Part shown: piece after piece, positions 13,963-28,900 of the stretch | Layout of the letters: each line of letters starts with the position of its first letter | Position numbering within the stretch: the stretch's first letter is position 1 | Source: Haliotis rubra | Taxonomy: Eukaryota | NCBI RefSeq assembly: GCF_003918875.1 | Contig: NW_025765669.1 | Span: forward strand, 3,844,001-3,908,000 | DNA: 64,000 nt | Reading direction: 5' to 3' | Notes under the pieces: model-generated | The model's database searches: none | Seen by the model: the letters and a program-made list of their open reading frames with translations, nothing else | Told to the model about the DNA's origin: nothing | Position numbers and translations under genes: made by a program

Positions 13963-16900
13963 GTAAGGAAGCCTAGGAGTGAGTGAGTGAGTGAGTGAGT
14001 TGGGTTTAATGGTGCTTAACAGTATCACGGTTGTATCTTAATGTCAGAAATGCCTAAACTAATGGACCCGTGAAGATCCGGGTTAGAATTGGTCTTCAGT
14101 AACCCATGTTTGTCGTAAGAGGCGGCTAACGGGATCAGGATCACTGATTTGTTTGACACATGCCATTGTATCCTAATACGTAGATTGATGCTCATGCTGT
14201 TGATCACTGGATTGTCTGGTCCAGACTTGATTATTTACAGACCGCCGCCAAATAGCTGGAATAGTGCTGAGTGTGCCATTAAATAACAACCAACCAGGCA
14301 ATCTAAACTCATGACATTTACCACTTTTGTGAAACCAATTAGCATGTGTATGAAAACCTGAAACATGAAAACCTGAAACATGAAAACCTGATCAGAGTAA
14401 ACCAGGATTCAAACCCACAGTCATAAGTATTGGGCATGCAAAGGGAAATAATTCTGTACAACCTTCAAATCCTGCACACTATCCCATGGCCTGTTCAGTT
14501 ATTCCTTCATATAGATCCTGGTGTTCCAGAGAAACAGATGCAGGGGTGGAAATAACTTTAAAATTGCTAGTGTACTCCGGTACAGTGGCACATGTAAAAT
14601 CACTTGCCCTGATAATTTTTCCACTATACCGAGCCGTTTTCTTGTTGATTTTTTAAATAAACAACATAATTAACATTGGAATATCAACTGGACACCGGTA
14701 CAGTGTGATATACAAATTTGCTTGCCCGACAGAAGAAAACACTGGACTCGGGCGTCGGGCAATGGGTTATTTCCACCCCTGAGATGGTCCCTAAGACTTC
14801 CAGAAATGGGGAAATAATGTAAGACTGCAAAGATGCAAAAGAACGCTCAGTGATGGACATGTTCCGGCAAGCATGTGCTTTTGTCAGATATCGGTGTAGC
14901 TGTCCAATTAGGGGCTGGTGTGAAATTGTGAGGTTGTTGGTTCTTATTAACCTAGATTGAGTCAGATTGTTGACCAGGGTGAGCAGAGGGTTGAGTGAGA
15001 GATGACCATGCTGTTTTAGCTCCAGACACAAACAGATGGTGTTAATTACTGCAACAATCTTTTCTTGTTAACAGTTTGAAGTGCCCCTATGTAAAGGAAT
15101 TCAATTTTGCAAGAATAGATATTGTCATATACAAATTGCTTATATACTCACAGAGACTCAAACATGAGAAAATACACTTTCACTTGGGGGTTTGATCATA
15201 TTTTCTTATCACTTATGTTTCGTGGATTATTCTGATATTCCCTCCCTCGTATTCATCCTCCCAGCTTTGTGTTCCAGAGCCTGATTGTTCCAGTTGGCCC
15301 TACAGAACTGCAGATCCCCACCATATCTTATAGATTATTCTTTTATTCCTGTATATGCATTCTTATGTTCCAGGGGCTGTCTGTTCCAGTTGGCCCTACA
15401 GGACCTGGAGATCCACCACCATATCTCACAGCTTATACTGATATTCACCCTCTCTTCCTTGTGTTCCAGGGGCTGTCTGTTCCAGTTGGCCCTACAGGAC
15501 CTGGAGATCCTCCACCATATCTCATAGCTTATACTGATATTCACCCTCTCTTCCTTGTGTTCCAGGGGCTGTCTGTTCCAGTTGGCCCTACAGGACCTGG
15601 AGATCCTCCACCATATCTCATTGCTTATACTGATATTGACCCTCTCTTCCTTGTGTTCCAGGGGTTGTCTGTTCCAGTTGGCTCTACAGGACCTGGAGAT
15701 CCACCACCATATCTCATTGCTTATACTGATATTGACCCTCTCTTCCTTGTGTTCCAGGGGTTGTCTGTCCCAGTTGGCTCTACAGGACCTGGAGATCCAC
15801 CACCATATCTCAAAGCTTATACTGATATTCACCCTCTCTTCCTTGTGTTCCAGGGGTTGTCTGTTCCAGTTGGCCCTACAGGACCTGGAGATCCTCCACC
15901 ATATCTCAAAGCTTATACTGATATTCACCCTCTCTTCCCTGTCTGTTTCAGTTTCTACAGGACCTGGAGATCCTCCACCATATCTCAAAGCTTATACTGA
16001 TATTCACCCTCTCTTCCTTGTGTTCCAGGGTTGTCTGTCTCAGTTGGCCCTACAGGACCTGGAGATCCACCACCATATCTCAAAGCTTATACTGATATTC
16101 ACCCTCTCTTCCTTGTGTTCCAGGGGCTGTCTGTTCCAGTTGGCCCTACAGGACCTGGAGATCCACCACCATATCTCAAAGCTTATACTGATATTCACCC
16201 TCTCTTCCTTGTGTTCCAGGGGCTGTCTGTTCCAGTTGGCTCTACAGGACCTGGAGATCCACCACCATATCTCAAAGCTTATACTGATATTCACCCTCTC
16301 CTCCTTGTGTTCCAGGGGCTGTCTGTTCCAGTTGTCGGCTTTTGGTCTCTACAAGGATGATGGAGATCCACCACCATATCTCACAGCTTATGCTGATATT
16401 CACCCTCTCTTCCTTGTGTTCAGGGGTTGTCTGTCCCAGTTGGCTCTACAGGACCTGGAGATCCACCACCATATCTCAAAGCTTATACTGATATTCACCC
16501 TCCTTCCTTATGTTCCAGGGGTTGTCTGTCCCAGTTGGCTCTACAGGACCTGGAGATCCACCACCATATCTCAAAGCTTATACTGATAGTCACCCTCTCT
16601 TCCTTGTGTTCCAGGGGTTGGCTGTCCCAGTTGGCTCTACAGGACCTGGAGATCCACCACCATATCTCAAAGCTTATACTGATATTCACCCTCTCTTCAT
16701 TGTGTTCCAGGGGCTGTCTGTTCCAGTTGGCCCTACAGGACCTGGAGATCCACCACCATATCTCAAAGCTTATACTGATATTCACCTCTCTTCCTTGTGT
16801 TCCAGGGGCTGTCTGTTCCAGTTGGCCCTACAGGACATGGAGATCCACCACCATATCTCAAAGCTTATACTGATATTCACCCTCTCTTCCTTGTGTTCCA

Positions 16901-19900
16901 GGGGCTGTCTGTTCCAGTTGGCTCTACAGGACCTGGAGATCCTGCACATGGCTGAGTGGAAGTCCTGACAACCTGACACGGGATGTTTGTATTGCCAAGG
17001 GCCAGCCACACCAGTATTGTCACAACTTTGTGAGAGTTCTCCTGCTACACAAGGACAAGGTGTTCACATGTGGGACCAACGCATATAAACCAGAGTGCAC
17101 ATGGAGAAACGTGAGTTCTTCTGGATCCCCATCCATTAAAGACCAGTTATAACATCTCAGTGATGGAAAACAATCATCCATAGAACCATATAACATAGAT
17201 ATCCAGTACATTATACAGGAATACATTCCTTTTAGGCATGTTACAGTAAATTATAGCCTCCATCATAGGACTCCAAATCCAAATTTTGGATTGGTTTTGT
17301 TTCCCTTTCCACTGCCCATTTCTTCTGCCCCCTGCCATGGTATTGCTGGAATATTGCTGAAAGCGGTGTAAAACTAAACTCCCTCACTCCCTCTCCACAC
17401 TCTGAAATCTAGCCCTATGATGGCTGTGTTGACCAGGCAAAACAGGGGTTAATGTCATGAGCAATACTCTGACCTAGGGTGAAATGAGGAGTATATAACA
17501 CAGCAAGGTGAGGTGAGGTGAAATTGGGCGTCGATCTTGAGAATATTTGGCTCATATGACGCGCGCGCATGTGGTGTATGTGTATAATGCGGCTGCTTGT
17601 ACTAGCCCAGACTTAAGCTGGTTTTATAGTGCTAGCCCACTGAGATACCATGCTGCAGTGAAGCATGAATATCCCACTCAGACACATTATACTGACTTCG
17701 AGCCGACCAGTCGTTGTTGTACATATTAATGCCGAGCGCCAGGCAGGGACCAACAAGTACCATATTTTAACGTCTTTTTGGTATGACGCGGCCTGGGATC
17801 GAACCCGCGACCTTCTGCTCTCCGGGCGGACGCTCTAACCACTACACCACTGAGGCGGTCAACACAGCAAGGGGTGGGATATAAGGGTAGTGTAGCAGCA
17901 GAGCATACTCTCGTCCTGCCAACACCCTTGGTTAAATTCCACAATGCGAAAAATGTCTGAACGCCTATTGTCATGAAGCTGTCATGAATTAATCACTAAA
18001 AACTGGATTCAACAATACTCTCTCTTTCTCTCACTTACTCTTTCAGGCCAGCCACTTAACTGAAGTGGAAAAGACAATCAACGGCCAGGCCAAATGTCCA
18101 TACAACCCCTACCAGAATGCAACAGCGTTGATGACGCCGTCAGGAGACCTGTACACCGCCACCGTCATCGACATCACAGCCAGGGACCCAGTCATCAGCA
18201 GAGACCTGGGGCCTTCACAACAACTGCGAACAATGCAGAGAAATTCAAAATGGCTCAATGGTGAGACGTCAGTTCAATATGTTTTATTACAAAGTGACTT
18301 TTATACTGCTCAAAATTGTTAAGGATTACCCAAATTTTTCAAATTACTATGGTCTTGCTATCATGATGGATTATCCACAATAATATGAAAGAGTAAGGCA
18401 GTTGTTAACTTTTGGTGTGTAGTATATATGTGCCTCAGGGGCGGTGAGGTAGCCTAATGGTTAAAGCGTTGGCTCGTCACGCTGACAACCTGGGTTCGAT
18501 TGCCCACATGGGCACAATGTGTGAAGCCCATTTCTGGTGTCCCCCGCCGTGATATTGCTGGAATATTGCTAAAAGCGGTGTAAAACCCAACTCACTCACT
18601 CACTATATGTGCCTCATGACTTTGTGAAAGTTTTATGCTGGAAATAACAATTCTGATTCCTTTTTAGGAATTAGAAATAATTCATTTTAATATTATTTTC
18701 AGTATTTTGTGTAAGTAACACTTAAATGAGACACAAATGATATTTTAAATGATGCAGCTCTAATTTTGGATTGGTAGAGCAAATTATGGCCTACTATGGC
18801 AGTAACTGATCTGATAAATGAACTGTTCAGTTTGGATGAAGTCAGATGCTCATGCTATCATCCACTAGAATGTCTGCATCAAATTGTCTAACACTTATAA
18901 GTCACATGTTATTAACATGGAGTATCAAGCCATGTATTTCCTTTTTACTTTTAACAGTCTCTATTGCAATGAAAGTCTAAGAAAAACATTTGAATTAAAT
19001 ATTTGAAAACAGAGTGACCTTGTTGACGTGCCAAATTACCTGAATTTATAAAAGAACTTTATTAGGCCATGAAAAGGGAAGACCCTTATCATGTTGGGGG
19101 TATTCCAGTTGTGCTGTGTAAACTGACTACTTTTCTTAGGCTATTAATAATTTGTTGTAACAAATATTAATATTGTATAAATATTACCTCTTTGTATGTC
19201 AAGGTCGTTTGGATTTTCTTGAACAATTATATTTCTCCTTGGGTAATGAAATAAGTTTTGCAGTATGCGAGGAAAAAGTAGTTAGTTGACTGCAAATTTT
19301 CAAAATATGCCTAAATCAAGATGGTTTTTGATGGCAAGGGAGAAAGGTAAACTGGTTCTTATAGTTCTCTGACATCGGATGCTGGTCAGTTTGGGTGTTG
19401 GGTTACCGAGTAGTGGCTACAGGAATTGAACCCTTCATGAGAGGTCACTTTCAGGAACTTTATGCTAATGATATCTAATTATTTTCCATATAGAGTTGAT
19501 TGAACTGGTCTTCCTGTTCAAGAGAGGAAGTTCAATTTGGTGATCATTTTGGTGTTGGAAGTTCCGTGAATGTACCGTGTTTTAGACCTCTGTCTATATT
19601 TCAGGATAATAGTGCTCTTTTATGGTGCAAAGTTCTTTGGGTCAAGCTTGTTTTTATTCATATGTATTTAACTTTGAACATTTTGTCATGAGAAATTGTC
19701 AAAATGTATTAAATGCTACACAAACAATTTCTCTCTTCTTCACAGGTTGTTGAAGTGTTAATTTAAAGCGTTAAAGGAAAACCAAATTCAGGTCATTCAG
19801 AAGTTCTAAGAAATGTATGTGTACTACTATAAACACCACCTTCTGTGTCTGCTGGTTTAAATATTGTATATGCACCCAACAGTTATGAATTCGCTAATTA

Positions 19901-22900
19901 CATACAGACACTGTCTCACTTTCACAGATGGTATTAATTACAGCGTCTAGGAACGAGGAAAATGGGAAACTGTGTAGTGCAGCATAGATATACTTTATGA
20001 TTAATAGCGTATAAACAATATCTAAATTATGAATAATGCACAACATGTGACTACATCTTCTCCCCTTTCACCGTTAACCTACCCACCCCACCTGATCTGT
20101 CTCATCATATCGTCCCTTTCTCCCTCCCCCCCTCCACCCTCCTCCTCCTTGCCCTATGAGTTGTCGTGAGAGTCAGGACAAGACAGAGTAGTCATGACCA
20201 GAATGATATACGATATATCTCTAGGTGGAATAAACGATATATGCCATAGTTGACGTGCATATTGTACATTGTATCCATCACAGAATGGTCTACATGGGCC
20301 ATGACACTTGATATATGTCTTTAGAATGCACGTTTTTCACATCATACACAGGGAAGTACACCACCAATAGTGGGCCTATGTATTCTCTGGCATGTTTGGA
20401 TGAATATTACGTATTTCATAACTTTATACTTTTCTTTTGGTTTTGGGGGCTGATGGGGTGGCCTAGTGGTTAAAGCATTTTCTCATCATGCCAAAGACCC
20501 AGGTTTGATTCCCCACATGGGTACAATATGTGAAGCCCATTTCTGGTGTCCCCCGCCATAATATTGGTGGAATATTGCTAAAAGCGGCATAAAACCCAGC
20601 TCACTCACTCACTCTGTTGGTTTTGGTTGTTATGACTAAATGTACAGGAAAATTATTCAAAATGTAAAATATGATATATCTTTAAGACTTGATATAAGGG
20701 ATACAGGGCATAACGAGACACCCTCGTGGGCAATATGGATGGTTAGGGCAGATTTTGTATAGTTATCATCATATTGATTTGTGATATAGTTTGGAGATTA
20801 TGTTACTTATGACAATGTGCCTTTAGAAGAATAGACATTCCAAGTCAGGTACCTTTGGTTTTTGCAAACGAGACAAGTTGTCAGAAAAATAGCATCTTGG
20901 TTTTTTCTTAATCTTTTATCCAGGGATGTACATTTTTAACTTGAAATCAATCATCCACTTGGAAAGACATTAATCTTTCTTTGGACATAACCAAAAGGTC
21001 AAATATGAATCCAATAGTTTTGTTTGGGCTTTTTCCTGATGGATAAGCTTTTAGAGTTGTGTAGACATTTTGACACCGAGGTGTTAATGTGTTGCTAGGA
21101 ATGAACCATCAACCCCTGCATACAAAAGTTTTACCTCTCAAGAATTCTGACATTTGTCTAAGAGCATTCTATACATGCTTACATGGAAGGATCCCTCTCA
21201 GGAGGGTCACAAGGTGGTGTCCATTTAGGACGTCTTCAAGCCTGGACAGTAATGGCCGATATGGGGTCATTTATTTATGTCAAACACATGCAGGACCTCA
21301 AGTTATCTCGCAGGAACACAAGACCAATTGTAGGAAGAATTTGTTTGTTTTTGCCTGCAGTATGTTGTAGATATCGCGTCAATTACAATAATGGTAGCGC
21401 CATTTATTTCAATCATGGTGGGGATCATGTGTTTCCTGCCTTGTGGTGGAATAATGGCTGGAATTGATAGGGGTCAGCGGTTATTTCAATAACTCTTACC
21501 GTGTCATGTCAGATTGTCAGCCTTAATGTCAGCCAGAGAAACTTGTCACGTGACATTTCCGTCAAAACCTATTTCTTCATGTGATAATATTTCAGTTGTA
21601 TTAAGCTTATATTGTCATGAAAATATATGTAAGTGATTCTTTTCTGTTTTGTCTTCAATATTTAAGAAAGCTACCGGTATATGTAATAGGTCAAATATTG
21701 TATCAAGGCTTTGTTAGGAATATTTCATCATAATTTAATGCATTGATTTAATAGGTCAAATATTTTATCAAGGATTTTGTTAGGAATATTTCATCATAAT
21801 TTAATGCATTGATTTAATAGGTCAAATATTGTATCAAGGGTTTGTTAGGAATATTTCATCATAATTTAATGCATTGATTTAATAGGTCAATATTTTATCA
21901 AGGATTTTGTTAGGAATATTTCATCATAATTTAATGCATTGATTTTGCTGGTCCCTTCGTGTCAAGCTTTGTATCCAACAGTAAATTGTTATAAAAAGGG
22001 GTAAAATAAATCATATTCACTGCAATAATAATAGAGTAATTACAAAACGTACAGTGTATTCCTAACAGCATATATACAATAAAAATAGGCTAATTGATTC
22101 TACAATGATTGAGATATTTTATCAGTATCTCCAACTCACAAACCTCATAGACAAGACCTCATAGAAGTTGTGTTAGTTATTGTTTATTGACAATAATATC
22201 TTTGATTTGCCACGATGTATACCTTCAGACACAAAAATAAACTAATTTCCTGAAACTAATTGAAAGGGTTCTTCTAATAACATTTTTCACTTTAACCTAA
22301 ACCTGCCCTAACCATCCAGATTGTCCATTAGACTGTCTCGTTATTTCCTATAATCACAGACACAGTGAGGTGATGGACTGGTCAGGCCATATACTACCTC
22401 AAAGTAAACTAAGTGGTCAGCCAAGATAATAGGAATGGTCTTTATTCAATAAAAACCAGATCATAAATATCCCAGCCTGACATGAAGTGACCGGTAGTCA
22501 CCGAGAGAGGTGTACAACAGGGTTGCATTCTCCTATTAATGGTTTTAAGTACATGTTTTATTTTGTCGGACAAGCCACTTAAATCAGATTGTTTATGTTT
22601 CACCCTCCATCAGGGGTCTATTGTTAGTCAAATTTATTAATGTCAGAAAGAATTTTGATTGCTTAAAGCTGGAGTTTAATTGTGTGAGAAGACGTACACA
22701 CAGTAGGAAATACCTTTGTTTTCATACCAGAGCTTGTATGTGTGGAATTTCTATTTTATAAGGTTGTTTGAGGAAAAGTATTGATTTGTAGTTTAACCAC
22801 TGAGGTGTATTCTAAAGTATTATTGAAATTTAATTTGAAATTTTATTTAAATTTTGTTAATTGTATTTTATTTCAGTTTTGAAGTGAATTTGTTGAAACT

Positions 22901-25900
22901 GTACCTTTAATTTAAGTATCCAATATGTTGCACACCTATTAATGTTCAAATAATCTGTTTCTGATTGCTTGACAAGCCCATTATGTTAGGCTTTAATTCC
23001 AACAAAAATACTTTAAAAGACTAAATAGCACAGAAACATTTGATTTAATCCTCAAGTTTAAAAAAGGCAGTTAGTAAATATCTCTGTATTTTGAATTTAA
23101 GCTTTAAGCTTTCCTAGAAACTATTTAAACATGGCCAAAGACTGTTTAGAAGTTCTCAAGTTCTAAGTCTTTAGTAAACTCATCAGTGATGTATGGGGTA
23201 TACTGATGACAAGGTAATTCCTGGGATTATATTTTCACACGTAAATGTCAAGGGAAGATAACTCATCTTTTCCAGCATCCTAATTGATAATGGTCGGTGA
23301 CACCAGTACATTGTCATCAGAATAAGCATCTCTTAAGACAGGCACTCTTTAAAATTGACGTCTCACAGGGAAGAAATGACACCATAGTAAATAGGTTTCT
23401 AAGAAACATGGGACTTAAGTCAGTATGAAATATTTCCCATCAGCTTTGGATTAATTAGATGACCGATCATTTCACGATGAATGTATATATTTCGTCAATT
23501 TTACCGACAGTCACTTTCAGCTGTCTGTCAACTGGTCCCTTGTCAGCAAGGTTGATGTCTCTTTCATTCCTTGGGGCAAGTTGAGTTGATGACTGGGTGT
23601 GTAATATATGCCCCTGGCATTGGGTAATCGGATTGCTAAACTGTTTACGATTCATTACAGCTGTTTCAAGCAACTGGGTTTTGGTGTCATCTCATTTGTA
23701 TCTTGTAGATCAAAGGGTTTTTTTATCGTTAAATTAACAGCACATCTTGTATAACACGTTTGGTGACAAAAGACACATTGTTCAGTCTTGTTAACAAATT
23801 TGAAAAAATATAATCTCAAATGACTTCATGACTTTGATGTTCAAAGATGTAGTAGTGGCACGTGGTCCTGTGCATAGAGCTCAGGTCACAAATCAGGTGA
23901 AGTTAAGCAATGTTGGGTGCGGAGAATCATTGGATGGGTGACCCGCTTGGCAGCTTGACTCCGGATAGTTTCTAGGACTTCAGTCCTGCCCCACAACGAA
24001 GCATGTGTGATACATGTGGTCTCACCAGAGACATGTGAGCTTGTTCAAATTTGCCCCTGTTCACCCAGCAGAAAATGGGTACCCGGTGGGATAAAGTCAT
24101 GTGACTATAACCCTCTAGCGCCTAACAGGCAGCTTGGGTTATTTGGGGTAATAATAATCAGATTGTTTGGGCGCTTCAAGCATGCATTGTGCATGAGCAG
24201 TGTGCATGATAAATGGACAAACGTCTTTGATGAAATATAAGACTACAGGTATCTAAGAAATTGAAACTGTCAAGGTTAATTATGTATATGATTATTTTGT
24301 TGAATATGTTTAATAATTCTAATTAATATGTAGTTTATAGGGAATAGTTTTCTATGATGGTCACTAAACAGAAGGATTAAATGATTTAGACGTATCGTAT
24401 CACAAGCTCAAAGCACTGTGTTGACATATATTATCACTAAAACAGTGACACCTACCGATGCGTGGAGTTCTGCAGTAAATACATGTATCAGATTCACCAA
24501 ATTATTCGTTGTAACTAAAAACTGAGTTATTTTCTTTGGATTGTCTGGTCTGGTTAAATCCATTGTGGGTGGGTAACATTTTGAAGTTACCAGCCTTGAT
24601 GTCTGGCTAGGTTTTAGCTTATTTCATACACAGTGATAATGTTTAGCTTTTCTACGAAACTTGCAGCATTGCAGCCTCTGAATTGCATCGTTTATATAAA
24701 GGGATGCATAGACACAAGTGCTGTCGTAGATCAAGCACACTCTGAATCTCAGGGCACCTGTTAATGTTTTCTGACTTCAGATAGTCCTACTTAAGCAAGG
24801 ATTTATGATAATTGTGTATACTATAGGTGGTAAGGTGATGCTAACGGTAATTGGCCTTTGTTTCACGTTAGAGGTGACCATTTGCCATCTGTAGAATATT
24901 TCTGTACGCAGGACCTGTGAGGGTTATCTAACAGTGACATCTTTCCAAGTGAATGTGTGAAATATGTAGGTTACACTATAGGAATGCATTCACATAATGG
25001 AATCTGTGGAAATGTAATCGTATGAAAATATTGGTAGAGTTGAATCTGTGGGAAGTCTAGGTAAGTTGAAGGAAACATTCATAGAGTGGAATATGTGGAA
25101 AGCCAAGGTCGTAATGAGGGAAAGCACTGATCTAGTTGAATCCATAGAAAGTCATTGTTATAATGAAGGAAAGCACAGGTTGAGTTGAATCTGTGGAAAC
25201 TCAAGGTCACAATAACGGAAAGCACTTACCGGTATCAATTTGAATCAGTGGAAAGTCAAGGTCATAATGACAGAGAGCACATATCAATTTGAATCAGTGG
25301 AAAGTCAAGGTCACTATGAAGGAAAGCACATATCAATTTGAATCTGTAGAAAGTCAAGGTCACGATGAAGGAAAGCTTTGATAGCTGTTAAATGTTGAAA
25401 GTATAAGATTTACAACAACCATGTCTTTCGTGGGTAAGTGGAGTAGGTGCAAGCCAAAATAATATTGTATAAATTACTTCTGATCTATGGCTATGTGGTA
25501 TTTATAGCATGTCATCATTTCTCTATCATAAAAGATCAGAAAAGTTTTTAAACAGTTAACACATTAACACACACAGGTAGAAGTTCAGTGCATAAAACTT
25601 TAAAAAAAATCATCTGTCTAGTCGTTCTGTCTGCAGTATGTTGTATAAACTGCATCATTTAGATACAAAATATCTAAGTAATATTTCATATGGTGATGGT
25701 AGATATAGTATATTTCAGGTTACCTGTTGGGAATAAATACACTTTTCGCATCCTCTCCTCAAATACAGATATCGTACAGAAGAAAAAGTCAACCCATGCT
25801 AAAACTGTAATTGACAAAATTACCTTTAGAAAAACCTTTGAAAAGGGCTACAAAGTTTTTATTGGTTTTAAAAGGAAGACTGTTAGAAGCTTCTGACAGA

Positions 25901-28900
25901 ACTACAATTAGTGTGCGGATTTATTCTCCAGGGAAAGACACGATGCTCGTAATCTGATTACCCAGTCTTTGCAATTCCACAAAACGGAGTCATTGCCAGG
26001 GGCCCGGAACAGTTAGTTAACTGTTGGAAAAGACAGAAATTCTATAAATGAGGATATTTAGTTTGGGCAAAGATGAGTCAATATTGTAAAGGATTTCTAT
26101 TTTAATGATGAAACATGGTGGGGGATGAGCTGATAATTTAAAATCTTTGTAGTTTGTTCAAGAGTGTGAAGGGAAAGTGATTAAGTAATTAATTAGCTTC
26201 ACCGTTGAACTCCTCAATTCAGTTCAGGCTGTCGATTCTGATAAAAAAACAATTGTCCATCTGATAAATTCTTTTTAGAAAAGAAAGTGTTCCGTAAATT
26301 TATGAAAATTTGATTAATAAAACTGGAATTTTGTTTGTTGTAGCATATTAAGATATAACTGCACTGAATATTTTATTTTTTCAGAGCCCAACTTTATAGC
26401 TTCCTATGAAATAGGAGAATTTGTATATTTTTTCTTCCGAGAAACTGCAGTCGAGTTTATCAACTGCGGCAAAGTAAGTACTCATTCTTTTCCTGTAAGT
26501 GAATAATACAGTCACAGGGTTCATTATACAATGTAATGACAAAAATTGTACATCCGGCTTCATTCAATTCATTATTTGCTCAAATATTGATTGCAAAATT
26601 TCGAAAATGTTTCTCTGATTTTGGTTTTACTGATGTTGGTATTACTGATTAATTTGTTTTTTTCCTTGATATTGAAACCGATACTGATATTTTGTCATTT
26701 GTTGTGTATGTTATCACATTAGTTATTACATACTGCTGAAAAAATGTTGAGGAACACCCACAATTTACATTACCCACTGTGGGAGAACAGCAATAGTCAC
26801 GTAAAAATTGTGTGTTGTTAATTTCTTTTGAGTTATATGTCTACTTGTGGAACTGTTAAATAACAAATTATCTCTTACAAAATATGTATAGATTCAATGT
26901 CTTGTGTTTTGTTTTTCAGAAAACATATTCACGTGTTGCAAGGGTTTGCAAGGTAAATATACTGAAGGGGATAAATAAGGCAACAGGGAACTGTAATGGA
27001 GATTTTTCAGTTTAGGGTAAATGGGAATAGTATGATATATGTCCATGGGAATATTACACGTCTGATATGACAGCAGTTACCTTGTGAGTGTACTGATTCA
27101 TCTCAGTGAAGTCCTGGGTTTGAGGGGCGGTGGGGGTAGCCTAATGGTTAAAGCGTTGGCTCGTCACGCCGAAGACCCGGGTTCGAATCCCCACATGGGC
27201 ACAATGTGTGAAGCCCATTTCTGGTGTCCCCCGCCGTGATGTTGCTGGAATATTGCTAAAAGCGGCGTAAAACCAAACTCAGTCAGTCAGTCCTGGGTTT
27301 GAGTCTACTAATGTGTGATGCACATGTTTGATGTCCCCATGCTACTAGATGCTCATGACCCTGCTTCATCTAAACCCTGTCAATGGATCACTGGGTCCTG
27401 AAACTTCATTCTCAACTCCCTGAGGAGTATACAACTCAAACTGACTATGAGATGTGAGGAGATTATCAGTCACATTACCATCTCGTCCTATCAGGTACCC
27501 ATTCGCTACTGAGTGAATACAGGCATGTTTTTTAATGAAGCCATTTGCTGACTGAAAGTGGCATAACACTCACTCATTGTCACATAGGAGAACTGACAAG
27601 CAGTCATGTGAGATACATTTAGATCACCTGGCACAAATACAAGAGAGCTTTTGTTTCAGTCAGAATTTAGAATCTATTCTGATTTGCTAAATTTTTTTAC
27701 ACAAATATTTTGAAAATGTTTCATGTTTGAAGAATGTTTTTTGTTGTTGTTTTCAGACTGACGGAGGTGGGAGGGTTCTTTTAGAGGAGAACTGGACAAC
27801 ATTCTCCAAAGCCAGAATGAATTGCTCAGTACCAGGGGATTTTCCATTCTATTTTGATGAAATACAGAGTACATTTTTCTCTGAAAAGGAACAGCTTCTA
27901 TATGCCATCTTCACAACGCCTTCGTAAGTGAAGCACTGTCTTTATCAAAACTAATTTCCTTGCATGTGTGTGATATCTGTATGTGTGTCTATATCTGTAC
28001 ACCTCTGTCTATGTTGGTCGGGAAAATGTACACCCAAGTCACAAAGCGAAAAAATAAGAACAGATTTTAACTCTATCTGAAAAGGGATTAGGAAGACGAT
28101 ATTTTTTGAAATAACTGAAAAATCGTTATTTTTTAACTTCCATTTTGCTGATATCTTTATAGATCATTACCGGTACATCTTTTGCTCTACAATGTATATA
28201 CTACACTATTGACATGCATGGTAGCAAAAATAATGTCTATGGTGGAAGGGAGACAACTCTCATCAGGAAACAAGGATTTTATGTGTCTGTTTGGTTAGAG
28301 ACATGTTCAAGAGCTTTGCTTCTTCCTGGTCATAGGTCATGCTAGAACAAATTATGGTGTCCTTTACAATCTTGTCAGCTTTTGTAGAACTACAGTGTGT
28401 GTAACATGCATTTAGTAAGCTCTCAATTCTCGTTTTTTCCCTATATGTACCAGGAATATGTATCCCAGTGTCATGGGTACAACATTTGATTTTCTGTGGG
28501 CTGGGGGACATGGTTTTAGATTTGCCATAATAACGGTAATCAGTCCTTTGAATGCTCTAAGAATAATTTTTATATCAGTTCTTATCCCAAAGCAATTCTT
28601 TATCTGTATGATATAGCTTCCTATATCGAAACTTATGTATTGCTGAACACCTGAGATGTTGGGATGTTGTCTTATTTTAGAATATTTTATGCAAAATTAT
28701 AATTATTGTGATACAGTTTTTCATTATCGGTGCTCTCATTTGTTTAATTTCAGAAATAGTTTAGCCGGATCAGCTGTGTGTGTGTATAACATGTCCGCGT
28801 TCCAGACAACATTCATTGGGCCGTTCAAGTACCAGGAGAACGCCAAGTCTGCTTGGATGAAGCATGAAAACCCAACTCCATTGGAAAGGGTAAATACCAA

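Noticed and set aside
15269-16968. Long ORFs (243, 343, 217 aa etc.) with repeating GPTGPGDPPP or HHHISKL, superficially collagen-like
   Set aside because: By-products of a 96-bp unit that is open in several frames on both strands; only the last partial unit is exon.
27125-27200. tRNA-Asp-like sequences in many places
   Set aside because: They lack a proper acceptor stem and continue into a common body, tail and TSD; they are SINE heads.
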